Assembly (NCBI RefSeq): GCF_900176035.1
Contig: NZ_FWWT01000016.1
Span: 56,409 to 80,408 of the forward strand
Length of the DNA stretch: 24,000 bases
DNA from: Desulfonispora thiosulfatigenes DSM 11270
Lineage (GTDB): Bacteria > Bacillota > Peptococcia > Peptococcales > Desulfonisporaceae
Direction of reading: 5' to 3'
The notes beneath the pieces were generated by a model. That model searched no databases and was not told the DNA's origin. It worked only from the letters and a program-made list of their open reading frames with translations. Shown here piece by piece: positions 17,598-24,000 of this stretch. The stretch's first letter is position 1; each line of letters starts with the position of its first letter. The translations under genes and the position numbers were made by a program.

Positions 17598-19448
17598 ATG
17601 AAATCTACGAAATCTAGAGTATTTACTTATATGCTTATTCTGACATTAATATTCTCATTATCTATTCCTGGCCTTGCCGCAGGTGCTGAACCATCTAAGG
17701 GTGAAAAGAAAAAATCACAGAAAATTGAAGCGGATATAATCTATTATAATGGAGATATAGTTACTGTTGATAAAAACATGAGTTCTGCCGAAGCAGTAGC
17801 AGTTGTTGGTAATGAAATTGTGGCTGTGGGTAAAATGGGGGATATAATGCCCTTATCTGGGAAGAATACTAAGAAGATAAATCTTCAAGGCAAAACTATG
17901 TTACCAGGATTTTATGACGCTCATAGTCATTTCTTGTCTACTGGAATAAGCCTTCTTACATCTGTACAACTACAAAGCCCACCGATTGGAACTATAAAAA
18001 ATATGGATCAATTGCTTGCTGCTTTATCCGAAAGGGCTAAAACTATAAAGCCAGGTGAATGGATTATCGGTAGAGGTTATGATGATGGAGGATTAGAAGA
18101 AGGCCGTCATCCAACTCGTGAGGATTTAGATAAAGTATCCACAGAGATTCCGATTGTTATTACTCATTTCTCTGGTCACAATTCTGTAGTTAACAGTAAG
18201 GCTCTAGAAATTGGTGGAATCACTAAAGATACTCCTAATCCAAGTGGTTCAGAAATAGGTCACTTTGCTGATGGAAGCCCAAATGGACAGTTATGGGAGC
18301 TAAATGCTATGAAAATGGTAAGCGATCATATTCCTCCAGTTACACAGCAGCAGCGGTTAGAGGCTATTGCTTTAGTTAGTGATATTTATGCTGCAAAAGG
18401 AGTAACGACTGCAAATGATGGAGCAGGATCTGACTTTGAGCTTTTCAAAAAAGCTCTTGATAATAATTATTTGAAAATCAGATCAACTTTATGGTTTGGA
18501 TCTGTAGATGCTGCGAAAAAAGCTTATGATCAGTTTGGAGGAAAAGAGGTCAGAGGCAAAAACCAATACTATAAAGACTTGGTTGTCTTAAATGGAGTTA
18601 AATATTTCCAAGATGGATCACCCCAGCTTAGGACAGCACATTTGACTGATCCTTACTTTACAACAGGGGAATATCCTGAGGATTGGGTTGCTTATCCTAC
18701 TTATACCCAAGAGGAGCTCAATGAAAAAATTATAGAAACTCATCAAGCTGGTTTTAATCAAATCTATGTTCATACTAATGGTGACGCTGCTATAGATGCT
18801 TTAATAAATGCTTACGAAGAGGTAAGAAAACCTGAGTATAGACAGCCAGCTAAGCCTAGTGATTTACGACACACTCTTATTCATACCCAATTTAGTAGAG
18901 AAGATCAATTTGACCGTATGAAAGATTTGGGTCTCATACCCTCATTCTTAATGCATCACGCTTATTACTTAGGTGATAGACATATGGCAGAATATTTTGG
19001 ACCTGAAAGATCTTATCGTATGAGTGCTACAAAAGATGCTGCCAATCGCGATTTACCATTTACTTTACACTGTGATACACCAGTATTTCCACAAGATCCA
19101 CTTCATATAATGTGGGGAGCAGTAAATAGACTTTCTTTTACCGGTCAAGAAATATTCACTGAAAATTATAAAGAAGGCACAAAATATCGTTCAGTTGACC
19201 AAAGAATAACTCCAGAGCAAGCTTTACGTGGTATAACAATAAATGCTGCGTATCAAGACGCTGAAGAAAATATTACAGGCTCAATTGAAGTAGGTAAAAG
19301 AGCAGACTTTGTAATTCTTGCTGAAAATCCATTAAAAGTTGATAAAATGCACATAAAAGATATTAAAGTACTTGAAACTATAGTAGGTGGCAAAACAGTT
19401 TTTAAAGACGACAGCAAAAACAAAGATAAAGACAAAAAACAAAAGTAA
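17598..19448 (+). CDS. Secreted metal-dependent amidohydrolase (Amidohydro_3 / YtcJ-like)
   Basis: The signal peptide is MKSTKSRVFTYMLILTLIFSLSIPGLAAGA. The metal-binding motif is LPGFYDAHSHF, followed by ..YVHTNGDAAID.., HTLIHTQF and HCDTPV. I prefer ATG 17598, which is 9 nt after AAGGAG (17583-17588), over the ATGs at 17577 and 17589. Confidence 0.8.
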   Translation: MKSTKSRVFTYMLILTLIFSLSIPGLAAGAEPSKGEKKKSQKIEADIIYYNGDIVTVDKNMSSAEAVAVVGNEIVAVGKMGDIMPLSGKNTKKINLQGKTMLPGFYDAHSHFLSTGISLLTSVQLQSPPIGTIKNMDQLLAALSERAKTIKPGEWIIGRGYDDGGLEEGRHPTREDLDKVSTEIPIVITHFSGHNSVVNSKALEIGGITKDTPNPSGSEIGHFADGSPNGQLWELNAMKMVSDHIPPVTQQQRLEAIALVSDIYAAKGVTTANDGAGSDFELFKKALDNNYLKIRSTLWFGSVDAAKKAYDQFGGKEVRGKNQYYKDLVVLNGVKYFQDGSPQLRTAHLTDPYFTTGEYPEDWVAYPTYTQEELNEKIIETHQAGFNQIYVHTNGDAAIDALINAYEEVRKPEYRQPAKPSDLRHTLIHTQFSREDQFDRMKDLGLIPSFLMHHAYYLGDRHMAEYFGPERSYRMSATKDAANRDLPFTLHCDTPVFPQDPLHIMWGAVNRLSFTGQEIFTENYKEGTKYRSVDQRITPEQALRGITINAAYQDAEENITGSIEVGKRADFVILAENPLKVDKMHIKDIKVLETIVGGKTVFKDDSKNKDKDKKQK

Positions 19449-19586
19449 AGATAAAGACGCAGGCAAAGGCAAAAATAACTTATAAAAGGCTACCAGCTTA
19501 AACCTCGTTATTTTTGTTTTAGAGCCTGTGAAATAATTTTCCAGGCTCAATATTTTCTCTAAATTAGCGTATATTTTAATCCCCAG

Positions 19587-19625
19587 CCCCAGTAGAAAGC
19601 AAATTAACCATGCTTTCTACTGGGG
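19587..19625. repeat. 15-bp perfect hairpin homologous to the IS66 3' hairpin at 6008-6047
   Basis: The sequence ccccagtagaaagca-aattaacca-tgctttctactgggg compares with ccccagtagaaagca...tgcttactactggg inside the IS66 remnant. It is probably another IS66-derived scrap. Confidence 0.6.
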
Positions 19626-20035
19626 TTATTTGCACTAGGGTTACGAATCTCTGATCCTTAAAGGCTAGATAGTGAAGGGCAAATAAACCAAAAGAGATGA
19701 AGAAATGAAAAAACTATCCATTGATATATAAACATTTAGTAGTGCCTAAAACTAGAAAATGGGGCGAGTAAAAGTATTAACTAGGCCCAAGAATTCCCTT
19801 AAATGCCGAGGGCTTTTAAACTAGTTATTATATGAAGGATTAAACCAGTATTGGTGCCAACTACCCTTTAACTAAAAAGGAAATGCGTAATAATGGATTA
19901 AAAAATAAGATAAAGGCAATGATAAATATAAAGAGATTAATTTATAATCTATAAGGGATTTCTTTATAATCTATGCTAATATCACGGGGTTAAATATTCG
20001 TGGTATTAAATATTTGTGTTATTGGGGGGATAAAG

Positions 20036-20734
20036 ATGGGATTTATAATGTTTTTTCCCTTATTATTTTTTGCACTGCTATTATTGCCTAAGTATTTTAC
20101 ATACCAAAAATCAAGCTATAAAACCGAGACTGGAAATAGCTTTTTTAAGACCTTATTTGACAAAGGTAACTACGGCGAATTTTTAACATTTTCATATCTT
20201 GAAAAGCTAAAAGGTTACCATAAAATCATGGCTAACTTATACATACCAAAAGAAGATGGAACCACTACGGAAGTTGATGTACTAATGATCACTGAGAAGG
20301 GTATATTTGTTTTTGAATCCAAGAATTATAGTGGGTGGATATTTGGTGATGAAAAGAATAAGACCTGGACTCAATCTCTCCCAAATAAATCTAAAAATCG
20401 ATTTTTCAACCCAATATGGCAAAATGCTGGGCATATTAGCGCAGTCAAAAAAACCTTAGACTCTTGTGATAAATGTTTGTTTAGATCTTATATTATATTT
20501 AGCGAGCGTTGTACTTTAAAAAAAATTGCAGTTAATTCTCAAGACATTAAAGTGATTAAGCGAAATGAGTTACTTAAAACTATTAAAAAAGATTTAGAGC
20601 ATTTACAGCATATTCTCTCAAAAGAAGAAGTGGACAATCTCTATCTAAAATTAAAATCTTATGCTTGCGTTGATGATGCTGTTAAAAGTGCACATATAGA
20701 AAATATAGAAAATCTCCACTTAGAACGTCGATAA
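20036..20734 (+). CDS. Membrane-anchored NERD (nuclease-related domain) protein
   Basis: The N-terminal TM helix is MGFIMFFPLLFFALLLLP. GEFLTFSYLEKL.GYHKIMANLYIP....TTEVDVLMITEKGIFVFESKNYSGWIFG is the NERD E.D...ExK core. The start is placed at ATG 20036, after a GGGGGGA RBS. Confidence 0.7.
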   Translation: MGFIMFFPLLFFALLLLPKYFTYQKSSYKTETGNSFFKTLFDKGNYGEFLTFSYLEKLKGYHKIMANLYIPKEDGTTTEVDVLMITEKGIFVFESKNYSGWIFGDEKNKTWTQSLPNKSKNRFFNPIWQNAGHISAVKKTLDSCDKCLFRSYIIFSERCTLKKIAVNSQDIKVIKRNELLKTIKKDLEHLQHILSKEEVDNLYLKLKSYACVDDAVKSAHIENIENLHLERR

Positions 20735-20815
20735 AATAATTAATAAGCAGCTACCTAAAATAGAGTAGTAATGATAAAATTAAACTAATAGTAGAACAAG
20801 AAAAAAGGTGAGCCA

Positions 20816-21362
20816 TTGGATAACGAAAATAATAAAAATAATATAAAAGACACAAACGAACTATCTAAACCACATGACATTACAAATGTTACCCGTACTA
20901 AGACATGAATTCATAAATATCCGAGAATACACTGAAAAGGACATTAAACAATACAATCCAGTTACCAGAATGGTACTAAGATCATTAAAATATATATTTG
21001 AAGACAAAGAAAAACTAATAGAAGCATTTGTAATATCAGTAGATGAAATAGAATCCACAGTAACAGAAGAAGAATTTAATAAATATATCGACATATTATT
21101 AATATATTATTCGTCAGTAAATAAAAACTTAACAGAAGAAGATATATTAAGGAAAGTTCAAGAACTAGGAGGAAAGGGGGAGAGAATTATGACAATCTTA
21201 CAAGAGCGAGAACAAAAAGGAATAGAAAAAGGAATACAGCAAGGAATAATTGAAATGACTAAAAACCTAATTAGAGATGGCGTAGATATAGAACTCATAA
21301 TAAAAGCATCTAAACTAAGTAGAGAAAAAATCGAAGATATACGAGAGGAAATGTTAAATTAA
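20816..21362 (+). pseudogene. Rpn-family (YhgA-like) recombination-promoting nuclease / putative transposase remnant
   Basis: TTG 20816, after AAAGGTGAG, gives ..NELSKPHD, the family N-terminal PHD motif. The frame then breaks. ORF 20874-21362 carries the characteristic C-terminal ..TILQEREQKGIEKGIQQGIIEMTKNLIRDGVDIELIIKASKLSREKIEDI. The PD-(D/E)xK core is missing. Confidence 0.55.
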
Positions 21363-21376
21363 GAGCCTGTGAAGCC

Positions 21377-21415
21377 GAGTCTGTGAAATAATTTCACAGG
21401 CTCTTAATTTTTAAA
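21377..21415 (+). terminator. Intrinsic terminator; the stem sequence recurs at 19521-19549
   Basis: The sequence gagtctgtgaaat-a-atttcacaggctc is followed by ttaattttt. The left arm is tandemly duplicated (agagcctgtgaa at 21362-21373). Confidence 0.6.
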
Positions 21416-21673
21416 TTCAATTAATAATTTTCCTAATCTTTAACCCCAAAAATCATCTTCAACTATGAACTTAATAAAACTTATCTCTCATATTAAGAAC
21501 ATTGATTCCAAATAAGTAGGATTTAAGACTAAAGTAGTAGAAATATATATACATATTATAATATACAGCTAATAGTTAATGCTGATAGCTCAAAAATTAC
21601 AAAGGAGGATATTAAGTTTATTTTCCTGATTTTTTGGGTGATATGATAAATCATAAAAATGGAGGGGTTAAAG

Positions 21674-21937
21674 ATGATGAAATTAGAAATTTCCGAAAAT
21701 TCAGCAAATTATTTCGAACGTGAAGTAAAAAATGAGTTTAACTGGTCAATGCTTTTCTTGATGCCTTTTAAATACCTATTCAATGCTCTTATTGCAGTTT
21801 GTCTTGCGTGGTTTTTTATACCTGTATTTATAGGCGCTATTATATTCGGAATATTTGGAATTTTCGCATGGTTTATAACTAAAACATTGAGAATTAGAAC
21901 CAAAGAGAGAAAACACACAGAGTCCAGTTTGTCTTAA
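21674..21937 (+). CDS. Small membrane protein (two predicted TM helices), function unknown
   Basis: GGAGGGG lies 6 nt before ATG 21674. The hydrophobic segments are WSMLFLMPFKYLFNALIAVCLAWFFIPVFIGAIIFGIFGIFAWFI. Confidence 0.45.
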   Translation: MMKLEISENSANYFEREVKNEFNWSMLFLMPFKYLFNALIAVCLAWFFIPVFIGAIIFGIFGIFAWFITKTLRIRTKERKHTESSLS

Positions 21938-22007
21938 TTTAAAAAATCCTATCCAAAAGTCTTATACAATATAAGGCAGAGGCTTTACACTAGCATCTGC
22001 TTTAGCA

Positions 22008-22047
22008 GAAACATAGTCAAAATTAACTAAATGACTATGTTTTTTTA
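22008..22047 (+). repeat. Hairpin repeat family H, copy 3 (terminator-like)
   Basis: The sequence gaaacatagtca-aaattaactaaa-tgactatgttt is followed by tttttt. The arms match those at 2014-2046 and 2125-2157. Confidence 0.65.
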
Positions 22048-22087
22048 TTTATAAGAAGATAAAATTGAACTTATTTTTGATAAACTA

Positions 22088-22123
22088 ATAAAAAGGGAGA
22101 CGTACATTTATCTTACGCCTCCC
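22088..22123 (-). terminator. Intrinsic terminator of the MFS gene
   Basis: On the minus strand, gggaggcgta-agataaatg-tacgtctccc (one G-U pair) is followed by ttttta, 7 nt after the stop. Confidence 0.75.
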
Positions 22124-22129
22124 TTAAAA

Positions 22130-23416
22130 TTACCTTGCCACTTTTCTTTTTAACATCAAAATCATTGCCGCACTAAATAAGCTCGAAATGGCTGCTACCA
22201 TGAATGGAGTGGTAAATTTCCCTGTTAAATCCATGAAGTAACCAGCAACATATGAAGAAAGTATTGCCCCCATTCCAAATCCTGTTAAAACCAGCCCATA
22301 ATTTATGCCCATATGCTTAGTGCCCCATAAATCAGCAGCTAAAGAAGGGAATACCCCTAAAAATCCACCATATGAAAACCCTACAATAGCGATTAAAAAC
22401 AAGATAAGGTATGATTTTGCAGCAGCAACAAATAAAATACTAACACCCGCTACAATCATGAGTATTAAGAGTGTATTTTCCCGGCCTATTTTATCTGAAA
22501 CGTAGCCCCAAAAAAGCCTACCAAAAGAGTTAAAGATAGCAATAACCATTACCCCCACAGTGGCTACATTGTCAGTAAGACCCCCAGATAGGCCTAGCAC
22601 CTTTGCAAAAGGAATAACCATAAGCCCTGCCATACTAGCTAACATAAAAGAAAAGGTGATGAGATAAAACTGGCTCGACCTTAAAACCTGTCCAGGCGTG
22701 AAGTCTTGCCCCTTTTTAGAGCTTTGATTTAGAGGAGGTGTCCAGCCAACTGGTTTATATCCCTCTGGAGGATTTTTCATAAACATTCCACCTACTACCG
22801 TCACGACTAAAAAGATTAAAGAAAGCCAAGCAAATGTCTCAAGTACGCCCACATTTTTCATTAAACTACGAGCTAAAGGCGTTAAAACTAATCCACCAAA
22901 ACCAAGTGCCGACACAATTAAGCCTGTGATTAATCCTCTTTTATCAGGAAACCATTTTTGACAAATAGCAATAGTCGCCGTGTAAACTGTTCCACTACCA
23001 AATCCGCCTAAAATTCCATAAGTCAGCCACATAATCCAAGGAGCTTTTGGACTAGCAAAAGATGCAAGGAGAAATCCTAAACTAATTATCACCCCGCCCC
23101 CAATTACTACCACCCGAGGACTAAGTTTTTCCTGAATAGCCCCACCTGCCATACTTCCAAAACTTAACATTCCCAATAAAAATGAAAAGGACAAAGCTGC
23201 ATTTTTCTGTGACCAATCTAAAACCTTCACAACCTCTGGCTGAAATACCCCCCAAATATAAGCAACCCCTAAACATAATTGAATAGCAAGACCAGCTAGC
23301 ACGATTAACCAGCGATTTGTGTTAACCTGACTCGATAATATTTGATTAGATTTAATATTACCATGCCCAGATTTAACATTAATATCCGTAGATTTTACAT
23401 TAACCTGTCTCTCCAT
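22130..23416 (-). CDS. MFS transporter, oxalate/formate antiporter (OFA)-like
   Basis: There are about 12 hydrophobic helices. The N-terminal LIVLAGLAIQLCLGVAYIWGVF and the loop motif FPDKRGLITGL are typical of OFA-type MFS proteins. I start at ATG 23416-23414 (MERQVNV), after an AGGGGTGG RBS, not the upstream GTG. Confidence 0.75.
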   Translation of the reverse strand: MERQVNVKSTDINVKSGHGNIKSNQILSSQVNTNRWLIVLAGLAIQLCLGVAYIWGVFQPEVVKVLDWSQKNAALSFSFLLGMLSFGSMAGGAIQEKLSPRVVVIGGGVIISLGFLLASFASPKAPWIMWLTYGILGGFGSGTVYTATIAICQKWFPDKRGLITGLIVSALGFGGLVLTPLARSLMKNVGVLETFAWLSLIFLVVTVVGGMFMKNPPEGYKPVGWTPPLNQSSKKGQDFTPGQVLRSSQFYLITFSFMLASMAGLMVIPFAKVLGLSGGLTDNVATVGVMVIAIFNSFGRLFWGYVSDKIGRENTLLILMIVAGVSILFVAAAKSYLILFLIAIVGFSYGGFLGVFPSLAADLWGTKHMGINYGLVLTGFGMGAILSSYVAGYFMDLTGKFTTPFMVAAISSLFSAAMILMLKRKVAR

Positions 23417-23523
23417 AAAAACCACCCCTTTGAATATTTAAAATTAACATTCTATTTTGAAAATTTAGACGTAAAGCATACTTCTTGGATTTACTTATCT
23501 CACCCCTTATTTTCAGTTTAAAA

Positions 23524-23640
23524 ATAAAAAAAACCCTCCATCCCATAAAAGGGACGAAAGGTTCTATTTCGCGGTACCACTTCCCTGTAAAGCTGGGCAT
23601 CGCCTACTTTTCTTCATCATCGTGTTTACATATATTTTCA
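23524..23640 (-). promoter_or_regulatory. T-box-like antiterminator/terminator leader element; Stem I not identifiable
   Basis: The minus strand reads ..cagggaaGUGGUACCGCGaaauagaaccuuuCGUCCCuuuuauGGGAUGgaggguuuuuuuu. GGUACCGCG followed by CGUCCC is the conserved T-box core. An 11-bp terminator stem (23533-23561) and a U-run follow. A possible promoter is TTGACA (complement of 23667-23672), 17 nt, then TACTAT (complement of 23644-23649). That leaves only ~50 nt before the T-box. Confidence 0.5.
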
Positions 23641-23691
23641 TTAATAGTAGATGGTTATTATGGTTTTGTCAATAGTAAATTAACTTTGGTA

Positions 23692-23715
23692 ACTGCGCCA
23701 GGCATTTAACCTATT
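23692..23715 (+). repeat. Cassette-boundary repeat copy 10, variant
   Basis: In actgcgccaggcatttaacctatt the 3' part matches the 'ttaacctattc' extension of copies 1 and 6. Confidence 0.65.
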
Positions 23716-23925
23716 CCCCAAAATTAATTTAGATGAGTATATAGCAAATTGAGTTTATAGCAAAATAAATATAAAAGGGTTTTAAATCTGAAGGATAGAA
23801 CTTAATTATTAAGAAGTTTCTAAAATATGAAGAAGTTTAGTATTATTAATGGGGACTTAAAAGAGTATAAATAGCTTATAATAAGAAAAGAGTACGTGTT
23901 TCTATAGAATTAAAGTGGGATGTTG

Positions 23926-24000
23926 ATGCGTGTGAAAATGAAAAAATTACAAGAGATCCTTAACGAAGGTGAAGGCATAACTGTTGAATTCAAGCAAAGT
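23926..24000 (+). CDS. AlbA_2 / Schlafen-type putative DNA-binding regulator, N-terminal 25 codons only (runs off the right edge)
   Basis: MRVKMKKLQEILNEGEGITVEFKQS is open to the window end. 'E...(V/L)EFK.S' is the usual start of the AlbA_2 domain. The start could be ATG 23926 or 23938. Confidence 0.4.
   Translation, partial: MRVKMKKLQEILNEGEGITVEFKQS

Noticed and set aside
19457-19483. Possible degenerate boundary repeat (gacgcaggcaaaggcaaaaataacttata) after the amidohydrolase gene
   Set aside because: Only the ATAACTTATA tail and a GGCA match the consensus, which is too weak to call without a profile search. It is mentioned in the findings only.
19332-19550. Minus-strand 72-aa ORF spanning the amidohydrolase 3' end and its terminator
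   Set aside because: It overlaps the lysine-rich tail of the + strand gene, translates to low-complexity sequence, and has no RBS.
19853-19877. Possible degenerate boundary repeat (ggtgccaactaccctttaactaaaa) upstream of the NERD gene
   Set aside because: GTGCCA and TTAACT are present but the middle is disrupted. It is plausible but unproven.
23400-23709. ORFs 23400-23600 (-) and 23485-23709 (+) in the MFS upstream region
   Set aside because: Both run through the T-box/terminator element and boundary repeat 10. Neither has an RBS, and the composition looks non-coding.
1809-23715. Classical integron attC sites or a CRISPR array as the explanation for the 23-nt repeats
   Set aside because: ACTTAAC fits RYYYAAC, but I find no partner GTTRRRY at 50-120 nt, no conserved L'/L'' structure and no intI. 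The spacing of 0.35-6 kb with gene-sized inserts rules out CRISPR. The repeats are kept as an unclassified boundary repeat.
1-24000. tRNA, rRNA, tmRNA or retron/DGR-type elements
   Set aside because: I saw no cloverleaf-compatible segment, no rRNA-like conserved block and no reverse transcriptase ORF. A by-eye scan cannot exclude small RNAs.

Overview
AT-rich accessory DNA, codon usage and RBS style typical of a Clostridia-like Firmicute. All calls come from reading the sequence and ORF translations by eye; no searches were run. Nearly all coding is on the + strand. The window is a mosaic of short modules. Some hold intact genes and many hold decayed fragments of ordinary genes. The dominant structure is a ~23-nt direct repeat, consensus (A/G)CCGTGCCAGGCACTTAACTTATT. 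It occurs at least 10 times, always in the same orientation, usually 3-130 bp after a + strand stop codon, which cuts the window into cassette-like units. Intact content: a partial secreted YHYH-domain protein; a sigma-70 region-4-like HTH protein; an overlapping pair of a minimal nucleotidyltransferase and an unknown 318-aa protein; a two-gene operon of a membrane-anchored KAP-family P-loop NTPase and an 886-aa protein combining a PD-(D/E)xK (Cap4/DUF4297-like) nuclease with a NACHT-like NTPase; L-lactate dehydrogenase; a secreted amidohydrolase; a membrane-anchored NERD protein; a small membrane protein; a minus-strand MFS (oxalate/formate antiporter-type) transporter behind a T-box-like leader; and the start of an AlbA_2/Schlafen-type regulator. 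Decayed content: two IS66-family remnants, three NAD-dependent epimerase fragments including galE, an OmpR-type regulator and histidine kinase remnant, an Rpn-family remnant, a frameshifted Abi_2 gene and a frameshifted unknown gene. The best candidates for something new are the repeat-delimited cassette array (no recombinase is visible here) and the KAP plus nuclease-NTPase operon as a candidate anti-phage system. No rRNA, tRNA or CRISPR array was seen.
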